Shown piece after piece: positions 14,124 to 27,847 of a stretch of 64,000 bases of DNA. Where the stretch lies: assembly GCA_012295275.1 (NCBI GenBank), contig CM022677.1, positions 21,266,001 to 21,330,000 on the forward strand, written 5' to 3'. Both the position numbers and the translations under genes were made by a program. The notes below the pieces were generated by a model that worked only from the letters and a program-made list of their open reading frames with translations, searched no databases and had not been told where the DNA came from. The stretch comes from Chrysomallon squamiferum (Eukaryota > Animalia > Mollusca). Position 1 is the first letter of the stretch, and the number at the start of each line of letters is the position of its first letter.

Positions 14124-14393
14124 CTGATAAACACAACGACGACAAAAACACAGTAGTAGTAATAAAGTCAAAGATAACTGCTGTGTGTGTGTGTGAAACT
14201 GTGTGTGCGCGTGAGACGGTTTAATAAGAAGGTTTTTACTTATTGAAAGAAGACAGAAACGCAATATTAAAGAAAAATAAATGAATCGAGTTTTTATCAA
14301 GAAACAAAAAATAAAACGGTCACTGTCATAAATTGTAATTGTTACGGTAGTCATATAAAATAAAACAGATATGAATATTTAACACGCTGTTAC

Positions 14394-14573
14394 CATGGCA
14401 ATCGCCTCCTGCGCACTGCTCGAATACAGTTCTGTTGGTTGGTCCACTACACTGACTACCTCCATTTCTTGGAATTGGTTTCGTACAAGATCTCTGATAG
14501 AGCACAAATATTCTACAGTTCAGTGGACACGTGCCAGGGTCGTAACGGTACCAAGATTCCCAACCCCCATCCA
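14394..14573 (-). CDS. TSP1 exon 2, copy A (VDGGWESW...RSCTKPIPRNGGSQCSG...)
   Basis: 180 nt, phase 1-1, acceptor ttcccag, donor gtaaca. Confidence 0.88.
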
Positions 14574-14985
14574 CTGGGAAAAAATAATAAAATGAATTTT
14601 TTTTTCAGATAATTACCAACAATTAATTATCAACCCAAAAAAAAAAAAAAAAAAAAAAAAAAGATAATAATAATAATGATGATGATGATGATGATAATGA
14701 TGATGATGATGATGATGATGATAATAATGAAGTAATAATAATAAAATAAATTAAAAAATAAATAAATAAATAAAATACAGTGTACGACTTTGAGTGTGCC
14801 CTTTCCTTGCTTTCCACGTTCATTCATTCGTTCGTTCATTAGTTTGTTCCTGTTCATTAATTTCTTCCCCTACTAGCTGTTTCCCTTCTTCATTCATTCA
14901 ATTATTTTCTCTGTAATATTTCCTTTCTTTCTTCCTTCCTTCATTCGTTCATTCCTTCTTTCACTCTTATGCTAAATTTACTTAC

Positions 14986-15144
14986 CCATCTCACAGGACA
15001 CACACTTGATGTTTGTTGTCATCGTTTTCTTCCCTCGACACGTTTCACCTTCTAAACACGCACGTGAAAACCTCATGCGCTTATGGCAGTCTCCGTCACA
15101 GTGACCTACCAGCTGTCTGGACCACAATGTCCATATCCCTGTGA
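14986..15144 (-). CDS. Divergent TSP1-like exon 1, copy A (TGIWTLWS...CDGDC...RAC...)
   Basis: 159 nt, phase 1-1, acceptor gttacag, donor gtaagt. WxxW plus 6 Cys. Confidence 0.82.
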
Positions 15145-15270
15145 CTGTAACAGAAAACACAACGTTTTCTTCTTCTTGTTGCTGCTGCTATTGTTATTAT
15201 TATTATAATTATCATCACTTTTTATTTTGACGTTACTGATCCATATATTCTACATAAATTTTACGTTTAA

Positions 15271-15385
<115 letters not shown>

Positions 15386-15627
15386 AATATCTCTCTCTGT
15401 AAGTAATAAGACACAATAAAAACCGTACATACATACATACGTACATGGATACACAGTATATACACATACATTTATATATTTACTCATATACATTTATGCA
15501 TTTTCTTTAATAAAATAATAGATACATACGTACAGTCATTCACACATGCACACACACACATATATACACACACATACATAGACATACAGATACAAAGAAA
15601 CATACAATTTTTTTGACAAACACTCAC

Positions 15628-17036
15628 GCGTGCACTTGTATAGTAATTTTAAAGTGTTCATTGTTTTTCTTTCCATTAAATTCAGTTTTCCCTGGGCCCA
15701 GAGGCACTCTCCCTCGAGATTGTTCTCATAGAGGATTTTAAGAATTGTGTACACGCTGCAGCTGCACTTCAGATCTGTGTCTCGCACTTTGATTTTTCTA
15801 AACTTCTCTTTCTCGTTCTGCAGGACGAAGTCTATGTTTTGTATTTTGGTTCTGTCCAGGATAATGGTGAGACCCAGACCCACGTTTCTGAACATACGGG
15901 GGCTGATCGTGGTCAGAGGATTTCCGTACAAGTCCAAAACGACGAGAGGGAGCTCTTCGAAAGCGCTGGCACGAATCTTCCCGATTCGGTTGTCTCTCAG
16001 GAACAGTGCAGAGAGCGTAGCCAGACCTCGCAGGGCGTTGCTGGGAACCTCTGTCAGGTGTCTCCTGTTGATGACGAGTTTTTGAGACACAGTCTCTGAT
16101 CGCTGAAGATTCCGTCGACCAATGGCAGGCGCGTGCCGCTGACGTCGAGTTCTCGGAGACAGAATTCGCCCAGCAGCGAGTCGGTGCTGAAAACCGAGAG
16201 CTCGTTGTCCGCGAGATCGAGTTTGGCCAGTCTCTTCAGTCTGAGCACGGAGCGAGGCAGATCGTCCAGACTGCAGTTCCTCATTCTCAGTTCTTTCAGC
16301 GTGGAGCTGACGTCAACGAAACACTTCCGGTCTACGGACTTGGATCTCAGCGGGTTGTGACTCAGTATCAGAACTTGTAGCGCGCGGAGGTCGTGGAAGG
16401 CATTGTGTTTTATGCTGGAGATGTCGTTGTGGGATAAGTCGAGTACTCGCAGTTTGGGAACGTCGTCGAATACGCGTATCATGTCTGACAGGCCGTTGTA
16501 GCTTAGATTCAACGACCTGAGAGAGTCCAAATGTTTAAAAGCGTGATCCCGTATGTAGCCCAGATTACAGTGATCCATTTCTACGTTTTCGATAGACAGA
16601 AGCTGCAAATTGGCGAAAATCCCGTTATTTAAGTGTCCAGTCGGTTGGAAATTATGGCTCAGTTTCAGATACTTCAGTGCTGTGAGGCCGTGCAAAAAGT
16701 CCAACGGTTTCTGAAATGACAGACTCAAGTTTTCAAGATAGAGATCTCGCAACGTCCACGCTATGTTGATGAGAACACCTTCTGACAAATACACATTCGA
16801 CTCGCTTCGTAGACGTAAACTGTAAATCGCCAAATCTTTCGGAAAATCGGAGACCACAAGGTTCCTCCATCGATTCAGATGAAAGTCCAGTCGAATGAGT
16901 TCTTTCACTGGTCTCAGAAAGTGTATATTTGGAAAATAACCCTCTTTCTTTCTGCATTTGACGTCATAAATTCTTCCTGCAGTGTCTGAGAACATTATTT
17001 CACACTGGCACTGTTCTGGGCAGGCAAGAAATTGAT
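15628..17036 (-). CDS. LRR ectodomain exon, copy A (LRRNT, 16 LRR, Cys cap); 5'-truncated, 1-nt frameshift near 16080
   Basis: ORFs 16054-16995 and 15536-16090 join into one LRR protein collinear with copy B. Phase-1 donor C|gtgagt at 15628. No ATG; possible acceptor GCAG| at 17037. Confidence 0.8.
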
Positions 17037-17310
17037 CTGCTCCACAGACAAGAATAGTTGATAAAAAATTTAAAAAATAAGTAAATAAATAAATAAAACA
17101 AGAAAGAAAAGATAAAAAAAAAAGACTGAGAAAACATAAATCATTAGAACAAATAATAATAATAATAAAATAAAAATTTAAAGATTTTTTAAATTATGGT
17201 CATTAACATAAAACGGTAAGCACTTGTTTCTTTCAACAGGTTAACCTAGGCATAGAAAACACATAAACGTTATGTTATATGATGTTTGTTTGATGTTGTT
17301 GTTGTTGTTT

Positions 17311-17345
<35 letters not shown>

Positions 17346-17507
17346 TTTGTTATGATTAGTATGTTTATTTCTCGATTCATTCATTCAGTTATCTGCTGAT
17401 TTATCTTTTCTCTTTTGTTGTTGTTTATTTTCTTTCTTTATTTAATTTTTTGAAATTAATTTTATTATTATATTTAATTATATCTTATTATTTTATTTTA
17501 ATTTATT

Positions 17508-17570
<63 letters not shown>

Positions 17571-17610
17571 TTGACCGAGAGAGAGGTTATAAATGAACTA
17601 ATGAACATAC

Positions 17611-17643
17611 CTGCAGTTATCATCTCTTGTGTTGTTGGTTCTC
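17611..17643 (-). CDS. 33-nt linker microexon (GEPTTQEMITA)
   Basis: Acceptor ttttggtag, donor CAG|gtatgt, phase 1-1. Confidence 0.7.
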
Positions 17644-17949
17644 CTACCAAAACAAAACAAAAGAAGAAGAAAACAGAAATTAAATAACAACAAATAAGAG
17701 AACAAGAGTAACAACAATTAAAAATAAAATAAATAATAAGAACAACAGCAACAAGAAATAAATAAATAAATAAATAAATAAATATTTCAGACAGAGATAT
17801 AAAACATGGGAAACGAGAGATAGAGAAGACAGAAAAGAATTAGAGATAAGTAACTGAGAAAGTGGAGGAATGAGAAGGGGACTAGAAAATAAGAGAAATA
17901 GAGAGAAGTGAGAGAGAGAGACAGAGACAGAGAAATGATAGGACAGAGG

Positions 17950-18053
<104 letters not shown>

Positions 18054-18056
18054 CAC

Positions 18057-18248
18057 CTGGACAGGGAACTCTTGTACTACATCTTTCTGTTATTCGGACA
18101 CTTCTGTCTCCTTTGCACATTCTTCCTCCGTACTTTGGCGCGGGCTTTTCACATTTTCTTTTTCTAAAGTACGCTTTTACACCCAAACCGCACGTGCGAC
18201 TGCACGAAGTTTCTTTAACCAGTTCCCAGGAAGTCCACCCACCGTCCT
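18057..18248 (-). CDS. TSP1 exon 4, copy B
   Basis: 192 nt, phase 1-1, paralog of 12456-12647. Confidence 0.85.
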
Positions 18249-18356
18249 CTGAAATGTTTTTAAATAATCATAAAATAGAAAAGATACGAAATCACTAGTA
18301 TAATAATAAACAGCAGAATAACCGAAATATTTATTATTATTTAATCTATCTGTATA

Positions 18357-18388
<32 letters not shown>

Positions 18389-19261
18389 GTCTATCTATAT
18401 ATATATTGTGTTATTTATAAGCACTTTTCTGTTATCTGTAAATAAATTTGTATTAATTATTTAAATAGCATAAATTCGTTCGCTTATTTGTATATTTCTT
18501 TATAAAAGCATTTTTTCTTTCATGTTTGGGTTGATGTTTTTAAATAAAATAAGTACTTTACATTTTTTCTGTGCCATTTTTTTAAAAATCGTGTAATAAT
18601 ATAAATATGTTTGTTTTAATTGGAGTAAAATATTTTGTAAATTTCAACTAATGTTTTCAAATACAGCAAACAGTATTTTTCTGTGTGATGCTTTTTTTTT
18701 TTTACAATAGATAATCTTCAACTATATGCAGACATACATCCAACCAACCAAACACACATACACACGTAAATATATATATATAATTTTATGTATATATTAT
18801 TTTATTAAAGAAAATGTACAAATGTGTGTGTGTGTTTGTATATATACATACATACATACATACATACATATTTGGTTATTTTTAAAGCTACGTAATGGGT
18901 TCCCGTAACGGCAGTATATCCTAATAACAGTTGAATTGCAATGTAAAATGTTCTTGTTGACGTAACGTCTGGGATATATCTGACGTCATTTCGTACAGAA
19001 CAATATAACTTTAATTCATTTATTTTAACTTTTAGAAAAACAAAAGAACAAAAGGAATCTGTGCCAGCAATAGGAAATATTTATAAAACCATAATATTTA
19101 TAAAACCTACACGTTATAAAAACTGTTTCACATTCTGATCCTACGTAGAATATTGAAGCTACTACACATAATTACTAGACGCCAACAATCAGAACCTTTT
19201 ATTTAATTTAATAATTTATTTATATATTTTTTTTTTTACTTTTTTCTCAGTTTCGTCCTAC

Positions 19262-19459
19262 CTGGAATATTGATGCTGCACGCTCCACTGTCGCATCTGA
19301 CTAGTTTCTCGTGGAACTTCACATGCCCAGGACACGTGGAAATTCTCGTGTCGCCTGGAATCGCCGAGACACACCGTCGCGTGAACTGTTTCGTCTGCTG
19401 ACAGTTGACAGAGCACGCCGTAGACGACACCAGCACCCACGTCGTCCAGCGACCCGCCA
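19262..19459 (-). CDS. TSP1-like exon 3, copy B
   Basis: 198 nt, phase 1-1, paralog of 13926-14123. Confidence 0.85.
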
Positions 19460-19789
19460 CTGATAAACACAACGACGACAACAACACAATAGTAGTAATA
19501 AAGCCAAAGATAACTGCTCACGTGTGAGTGTGAGTGTGTGTGTGTGTGTGTCTTCGTGAGACAGTTTAATAAGGTTTTTACTTATTGAAAGAAGACAGAA
19601 AGGCAAAAATAAAGAAAAATAAATCAATCGAGTTTTTATCAAGAAACAAAAAATAAAAGGATCACTGTCATAAAAAAAAAATAAAAAAAAAACCTAAAAA
19701 AAAAAAGGTAATGTCAAAGAAAACCACATGGTAACTGTTACGGTAGTCATATAAAATAAAACAGATATGAATATTTAACACCCTGTTAC

Positions 19790-19969
19790 CATGGCAATCG
19801 CCTCCTGCGCACTGCTCGAATACAGTTTTGTTGGTTGGGCCACTACACTGACTACCTGCAAATCTTGGAATTGGGTTCGTACAAGATCTCTGATAAAGCA
19901 CAAATATTCTGCAGTTCAGTGGACACGTGCCAGGGTCGTAACGGTACCAAGATTGCCACCCCCCATCGA
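19790..19969 (-). CDS. TSP1 exon 2, copy B
   Basis: 180 nt, phase 1-1, paralog of 14394-14573. Confidence 0.85.
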
Positions 19970-20486
19970 CTGGAAAAAAAAAAAAAAAAAAGTTCGAAAT
20001 TAGAAGATATCAGGATTTGTATCTAAAAAAATAAAATAAAAAATAAAACGAATTTTTTTACCAACAATTAATTATTAACTCAAAAGAAATACATAAATAA
20101 AAAGTAATATAATAATAATAATGATGATGATGATGATGAAGATAATAATAATAATGATGATGATGATGATGATAATAAAATAATAATGAAGTAATAATAA
20201 TAATAAAATAAATTAAAAAATAAATAAATAAATAAAATACAGTGTACGACTTTGAGTGTGCCCATTCGTTCCTTTACACGTTCATTCATTCGTTCGTTCA
20301 TTAGTTTTTTCCTGTTCATTAATTTCTTCCCCTACTAGCTGTTTCCTTGCTTCATTCATTCAATTATTTTCTCTGTAATATTTTCTTCCTTCCTTCCTTC
20401 ATTCATTCGATTATTTTCTCTGTAATATTTTCTTCCTTCATTCATTCTTTCATTCCTTCTTTAACTCTTACGCTAAATTTACTTAC

Positions 20487-20645
20487 CCATCTCACAGGAC
20501 ACACACTTGATGTTTGTCGTCATCGTTTTCTTCCCTCGACACGTTTCACCTTCTAAACACGCACGTGAAAACCTCATGCGCTTATGGCAGTCTCCGTCAC
20601 AGTGACCTACCAGCTGTCTGGACCACAACGTCCATCTCCCTGTCA
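20487..20645 (-). CDS. TSP1-like exon 1, copy B
   Basis: 159 nt, phase 1-1, paralog of 14986-15144. Confidence 0.82.
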
Positions 20646-20809
20646 CTGTAACAGAAAATACAACGTTTTCTTCTTGTATGTTGCTGCTGCTATTGTTATT
20701 ATTATTATAATTATCATCACTTTTTTTTTTTTGTGATATTACTGATACATGTATTCTATATACAGTGAAAGTAATATTTACAGTATATATAAATACATAA
20801 ATTCATACA

Positions 20810-20843
<34 letters not shown>

Positions 20844-21082
20844 CATACATACATACATACAAAAATTATTTCAAAAATCCACACATATACAGATACAATT
20901 ACATACGTATATTTATACACATACATTTATATATTTACTCATATACATTTATGCATTTTCTTTAATAAAATAATAGATACATACGTACAGTCATTCACAC
21001 ATGCACACACACACATATATACACACACATACATAGACATACAGATACGTAGAAATAAACAACTATTATGAGAAATACTCAC

Positions 21083-22548
21083 GCGTGCATTTGTTTAGTA
21101 ATTTTAATGTCTTCATTGTTTTTCTTTCCATTAAATTCAGTTTTCCCTGGGCCGAGAGGCACTCTCCCTCGAGACTGTTCTCATAGAGGATTTTAAGAAT
21201 TGTGTACACGCTGCAGCTGCACCTTAGATCTGTGTCTCGCACGTTGATTTTTCTAAACTTCTCTTCCTCGTTCTGCAGGACGAAGTCTATGTTTTGTATT
21301 TTGGTTCTGTCCAGGGTAATGGTGAGACCCAGACCCACGTTTCTGAACATATCGGGGCTGATCGTGGTCAGAGGATTTCCGTACAAGTCCAAAACGACGA
21401 GAGGGAGCTCTTCGAAAGCGCTGGCAGGAATCCTCGCGATTTGGTTGTCTCTCAGGAACAGTGCAGAGAGCGTAGCCAGACCTCGCAGGGCGTTTCTGGG
21501 AACCTCTGTCAGGTGTCTCCTGTTGATGACGAGTTTTGAGAGACACAGTCTCTGAGCGCTGAAGATTTCGTCGACCAATGGCAGGCGCGTGCCGCTGACG
21601 TCGAGCTCTCGGAGACAGAATTCGCCCAGCAGCGAATCGGTGCTGAAAACCGAGAGCTCGTTGTCCGCGAGATCGAGTTTAGCCAGTCTCTTCAGTCTGA
21701 GCACGGAGCGAGGCAGATCGTCCAGACTGCAGTTCCTCATTCTCAGTTCTTTCAGCGTGGAGCTGACGTCAACGAAACACTTCCGGTCTACGGACTCGGA
21801 TTTGAGTGGGTTGTGACTCAATATCAGAACTTGTAGCGCGCGGAGGTCGTGGAAGGCATTGTGTTTTATGCTGGAGATGTCGTTGTGGGATAAGTCGAGT
21901 ACTCGCAGTTTGGGAACGTCGTCGAATACGCGTATCATGTCTGACAGGCCGTTGTAGCTTAGATTCAACGACCTGAGAGAGTCCAAATGTTTAAAAGCGT
22001 GATCCCGTATGTAGCCCAGATTACAGTGATCCATTTCTACGTTTTCGATCGACAGAAGCTGCAAATTGGCGAAAATCCCGTTATTTACGTTTCCAGTATG
22101 TTGGAAATTGTGGCTCAGTTTCAGATACTTCAGTGCTGTGAGGCCGTGCAAAAACGTCCAACGGTTTCTGAAATGACAGACTCAAGTTTTCAAGATAGAG
22201 ATCTCGCAACGTCCACGCTATGTTGATGAGAACACCTTCTGACAAATACACATTCGACTCGCTTCGTAGACGTAAACTGTAAATCGCCAAATCTTTCGGA
22301 AAATCGGAGATCACAAGGTTCCTCCCTCGATTCAGATGAAAGTCCAGTCGAATGAGTTCTTTCGTTGGTCTCAGAAAGTGTATATTTGGAAAGTAACCCT
22401 CTTTCTTACCGCACTTGACGTCATAAATTATTCCTGCAGAGTCTGTGAACATTATTTCACACTGGCACTGCTCTGGGCAGGGAAGAAATTGAGCTTTTCC
22501 ACAGTCAAGTATCGCAGAAAATAACAGTAAAATAAAAACATTCATCAT
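21083..22548 (-). CDS. First coding exon of LRR-TSP1 protein, copy B: signal peptide, LRRNT, 16 LRR, Cys cap; +1 frameshift at 22155
   Basis: MMNVFILLLFSAILDCGKA signal-like N-terminus, CPEQCQC cap, LxxLxLxxN repeats, CSC...C...C cap. Donor C|gtgagt at 21083. 5'UTR acceptor at 22583. Confidence 0.88.
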
Positions 22549-24232
22549 TCCCTGTGTAAACTGATAACACCGTTGTTAGCTTCTGTAGAGAAAAGATATA
22601 TATACTCTGTTAATAAATTGTTATTGTTAACATCATCATTGATAGTAGTCGTAGTAGCAGTAGTAGTAGTAGCAGTATACTAGATACTGCAGCAGTAGAA
22701 GTAGAGTAATAGTAGTAACAGTGGTAGTCGTAACAGTGGCAGTAGTTTTCTAAATTCTTCCTGTAGTAGTAGTCGTTGTGATCAACATCAAATCAATTAA
22801 CAACAACAATAATAATTAATACATGTTGATAATATTTTGAAACTGACTTTAGCATCTTGAAGACAGAAAGTCTCGTTCATTTAAATCATTGGACACTAAC
22901 GAATTTTCTGCAGTTTGGTTCTTGTAATATGTAAAGAATACATGCATATAGTAGTAATGGTGGTAATAGTAGTAAATTATTTTAAAGCGTTCATTGTAAA
23001 TCAAACTCGTCTTGACGCTGTTTTGACACTAAAATTATTAAAACAAATCGCTGAATAAACAAGTTTGGTAAATGTCGAAAGTATTTGTAAGTACCCTATA
23101 TCCGTATTCTTTACTCTTTTTTTCTCTTTTTTTCTTTTGATGACAGTTTAATTCTTACCTAATTTGCGTCCATATTTGTATCATGTCTGTTGTCTTTTTC
23201 TTTTCCATTCTTTTCGTATACGTCATTTCTGCTTACGTCATTAGTTGCCGAAGGTAGCCGTCACGATTCAAAGACAACTGAGATCGAGGCTTGGACCTTT
23301 TCGTTTGTTCGCTAATAATATGTATATTTATTTATTTATTTATTTATTTATTTATTATTGTTATTATTATTATTAAATATATTGTTATTATTTTGTTAAA
23401 ATAAAAGTTGGTGGTAATTTTGAAAACATTTTAGTTTCTAGTTTTTCTTCTTGTTTCTTTCTTTTTTCTTTTTTTTTTCTTTTTCTTTTTCTTATTTTTT
23501 ATTTCCTTTTTTTTTGTTGGGTTTTTTTTTTTTTTATATATATATATTTGTATTGTTATTATTGATGTTTGAAATTAGACATCACTAATTCCAATTTAAG
23601 AAACATACAGTATGGAAACTAAAATGGATCTTTTTTTTTTCCTGTATAATACAAAGTTATACGTTTACAAAATACAGTTTTTATAACAGAAAATTAGGAA
23701 TTATGATTATTATTATTATTATTACTATAATTATTATTATTATATGTGTGAATCCTTTCGAGAACAGATCCAAATATTTAAGCAGTGGGGGGGGATTCAA
23801 TTTTGACAGGAAGACTCGTTAATAATAAACCTTTTTATGGAAATTAATTTTTTTTTTGGCAACCGTCGTACATGTACTTTAAGTCTTCAGGTATTTTATT
23901 AAATACACAGGAGCCAACAAAAATCAACTTTACCAGTCCCAGTCGTAGAGTCATAGTACCAGACAACGAGAACCAATGACGTCAGATATTCTTGATAGAA
24001 ATAAAGTTTTGTGATTCCTCGTTGCAGAAAAATGACATCTCTGATTCACAGCTTGTCATTTCAGTAATTAATCCATTCAGTAATTAATCCAAATAATCTC
24101 CGTACGTCCATACATCTTCTACAAGCCGTGCAAGTTCTTGGTGCATCCATCTTTATACGTACTGACCGGTTGAGGGGAACTGTTCTAAGTTATGTTCGTG
24201 GAAGGGACAGTGCATTTATTTATTTATTTATT

Positions 24233-24295
<63 letters not shown>

Positions 24296-24716
24296 TTATT
24301 TTATTTTTATTTTTATTTTTTTATTATTATTATTTTATTTTATTTTTATTTTTATTTTTTATTATTTTTTTTTTTGGTTTTTTTGTTCAGTCTTTAAGTC
24401 TGTATTCATGTATACAAATGTGAAATAATACTTGAATCACTTTATTCATTTTGCATATTGCCTGGAAGGTCTGTGACGCTCATATAGCATATGTATGACG
24501 TCAAGTCGTAGATAGACCCACGTGTATATATGTATGCGTGTGTGTGTGTGTATGTACATATGTCTATATACGATGTGACGTCATGCGTTACAAATGCAGA
24601 CTGGGCACCATTACTGTCACACCTTTAAAATAACATCAGAAACAATATTTAAAATATAAAATATTTATCCATCTGAAGTTTTCTTTTAGTAATACTTAAA
24701 CATCCTCTAAATATGT

Positions 24717-24990
24717 AGTGACAAATCACTGTGACTGCAGTGAAACAGCACTCATTACATAGTCACAATTCATTCAGTGAATAGCAACAGTAGTCACACT
24801 GCCTGGTGACAAGTTATTCAGTATACACAGTGTGACAATTTACTTAGTACATAAGTAACACTTTACTCAGTACCTAAGTGATACTCAGTAACTCGGCGAC
24901 TCGTCGCTAAGAATACAGTGACAAGCTACTCACTACGTAGTGAAAAGTCACTGAGAAAACAGTGAGTATAAGAATGGCAAGTAACTCAGT
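24717..24990. repeat. Degenerate ~25-bp minisatellite (GTGACAA...ACTCAGT) in the 3'UTR region of the LRR-TM gene
   Basis: About 8-9 diverged units visible by eye. Confidence 0.45.
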
Positions 24991-25019
24991 CCTGGTGAAA
25001 GTGAAGGTGAAAGTAGAAT

Positions 25020-25134
25020 TCAGGATTTTTCCTCGTATTCAAAAGCAGGGTTGACGTATCCCTCCGAGCTCACTTTTATGGACGGCGTTCCCTGATCGGT
25101 GACCGCCAGAGTTGTCTCCTCTTCCTTGTTGTGT
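25020..25134 (-). CDS. LRR-TM gene last exon (...SSEGYVNPAFEYEEKS*)
   Basis: Acceptor caacag, phase 2, matching the upstream AG|gtattg donor. TGA at 25022-25020. YxNPxF motif typical of receptor tails. Confidence 0.8.
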
Positions 25135-25204
25135 CTGTTGTAATAAATTAGTAACATGAGTCACTGAAAACGTAATCGTACGGTAGTGGTATTTCTTACT
25201 TACT

Positions 25205-25247
<43 letters not shown>

Positions 25248-25419
25248 TTTTTCATCGTAAAAAGTGATAGTTATGGTTGGTGTTTTTGTTGTTTTTCTTT
25301 CATTCTTGTATGTTCTTCTTTTTTTTAAATTTATTTATTTACTTGCTGTTCTTCTTTATTATTATTGTTATTACTATTCCTTTTTTTTACATTTTCTTTC
25401 TATCTTTTTATAACTATCT

Positions 25420-25627
25420 GAATAATAATAACAATAATAATAATAATAATAACAGCAATAATAATACTAATGATAACAATAATAATAATAATAATAATAA
25501 CAATAATAATAACAATAATAACAATAATAATAATAACAATAACAATAATAATAATAATCATAATAACAATAACGATAATAATAACAATAATAATAATAAT
25601 AATAACAATAATAATAATAACAATAAC

Positions 25628-25683
<56 letters not shown>

Positions 25684-25866
25684 TAATAATAACAATAATA
25701 ATACTAACAATAATAATAATAACAATAATAATAATAATAATAACAATAATAATAATAATAATAACAATAATAATAATAACAACAATAATAATAATAACAA
25801 TAATAATAACAATAATAACAATAATAATAACAATAATAACAATAATAATAATAATAATAACAACAA
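25420..25866. repeat. (AAT/AAC)n microsatellite filling an intron
   Basis: Seen directly. Confidence 0.95.
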
Positions 25867-25869
25867 TAC

Positions 25870-26430
25870 CTAATCTGATCTTCAAACGACGATGCTCGAT
25901 CCGGCACGTCATCGTGCTCGTCGCCAACCTCTAGACGGGTTTCTTCCCCTGCCGAGTGACGTCGCCTGGCCTGCAGCGACGACGTCGACGGCCTCGTCTC
26001 CTTCAACGACGGCGCCCGCCGCGACTTCGACGACGGCGTTTTCGCGTGACGAAACGGAGGCGTCAACGGCTTCAGGAACCAGCCGGACTGTTTCGACGAC
26101 TGAGATTTCCCCGCCGACGATGAATCGCTCTGCGCTGACGTGCCCGGATGGTCGTCGCCGGAGCGCCGGCTCGTCCCCTCGACAGCCACGTCGTCGTTGA
26201 GCAGCTCCGTGGTGGGCGTGGCCGCTGGCAGCTGCGACGCGTACACGGAGTCGCTGTTGGGATTGGAGGACATGGAAGACTCGACTGATGCCGAAGGGCC
26301 CGGACTGTCCGCTCGGAAACTCACCGACTGCTTCCGACTGCCGGCGGGCTTGTCACGTGACAGGTTGTCGGGCGCCGGGCGCCCCCCTACGTCCCACGTG
26401 AGGTTTTTGTTTGACCTCTTTCTCGTCAGG
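25870..26430 (-). CDS. LRR-TM gene cytoplasmic Ser/Arg-rich disordered exon
   Basis: 561 nt GC-rich open frame (ORF 25704-26447). Acceptor cgctcag, donor gtattg, phase 2-2. Confidence 0.85.
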
Positions 26431-27266
26431 CTGAGCGAACAGAACAAGAAGAAGAAGAAGAAGAAGGAGAAGAATGAGAAAGGGAAGTGAGTGACACACG
26501 ACGGCTACGACAAAGACAACAACGAAAACGTGAAAAAATACAAACAAACAAAAATAACAACGACCACTACCGCAACAACATCAGAAGCAAGAACAACGAC
26601 CACAACAGCAACAACGGCAGCAGCAGTACAACAAAATTTAAAACATTTTATTTAATAACATATCAGGAATGATGATGGTGTGATGATGATGTCGATGATG
26701 TAGATAATAACAACAACAACATCATTTAAAATTAATTAAACGCAGTACCAAAGATAAAATAAAAAGAATGACGATGACAACAACGACAACAACAACAAAA
26801 ACAATAATAATAATCCCCGTCATAATCAAAAATAATAACTTAAGAAACAAAATTAATGCATAATAATAAAAATTCAAGAATAAGAAAAATCTTGTTGATG
26901 AAACATAATCTCAGAAATTCTAAAATTTATGAATTCTGAAATTCTTAGATGTACACACTACGAAATAACGATACTTATACATCAAAAAGCTTTCAAAATT
27001 ACAAATTCAGGAATTCTAAAATTTATATATTTATACATTATTAGACTTTAGATTTCAAAATTCTCAGAAAATACATTTCGAAATCATTCCACATACAGAA
27101 TTAGAAATTATTAGATTTTATAGATTTAGAATCTTCTAGCAATTTAGTTTAAAAAACTATTGGCCTGGTAACTTTAAAAGCTATAAGCTTTCGCTGTCAC
27201 GAAGACAAACAGTGACGTATTTTACTCACGATTTATGGGCGTGAGTAAGATAGGAAGAATACTCAC

Positions 27267-27365
27267 ACGACTGAGAATGCGTTGTCGACGTCGTTTTCCT
27301 CTTCCGAACTGCAGTAGTCTGACGACGTCGAGGACGTCTCGCCCCTCAGCATACCTCTACAACGT
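27267..27365 (-). CDS. LRR-TM gene juxtamembrane exon (RCRGMLRGETSSTSSDYCSSEEENDVDNAFSV)
   Basis: 99 nt, acceptor ttttgcag, donor gtgagt, phase 2-2. Confidence 0.75.
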
Positions 27366-27521
27366 CTGCAAAATGTATACACCTGTGTAAGTGTGTAAGT
27401 GTGTAAGTGTGTAAGTGTGTAAGTGTGTAAGTGTGTAAGTGTGTAAGTGTGTATGTGTGTAAGTGTGTATGTGTCTATCTGTCTATCTGTCTATCTGAAT
27501 ATCTGAATATCTCACTGTCGG

Positions 27522-27613
<92 letters not shown>

Positions 27614-27688
27614 TCTTTCTCGCTGTCTCTCTCTACAAATAAATATATATGTATAGACAGACAAACAGATAGAGAGACATACAGATAA

Positions 27689-27732
<44 letters not shown>

Positions 27733-27765
27733 ACTAAACAGTTAACGAATGAAACGATTAAGAAC

Positions 27766-27847
27766 CTGATGACTTCCAGTAAGAGAATCATCATCACCAG
27801 CATCAACAACACAACAGCCAGCAGTTCTATCACCAACACCCACCCAT
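27766..27847 (-). CDS. LRR-TM gene transmembrane exon (YGWVLVIELLAVVLLMLVMMILLLEVIR)
   Basis: Acceptor tttacag, phase 1, hydrophobic 25-mer. The 3' boundary is uncertain: AG|gttctt at 27766 keeps the frame, and an alternative gtaaat donor lies at 27735. Confidence 0.7.

Noticed and set aside
25870-27365. Neuralized-binding NxxN motif in the neighbouring receptor tail
   Set aside because: Only NxN and NxxxN spacings are present, so the sequence gives no direct support for binding.
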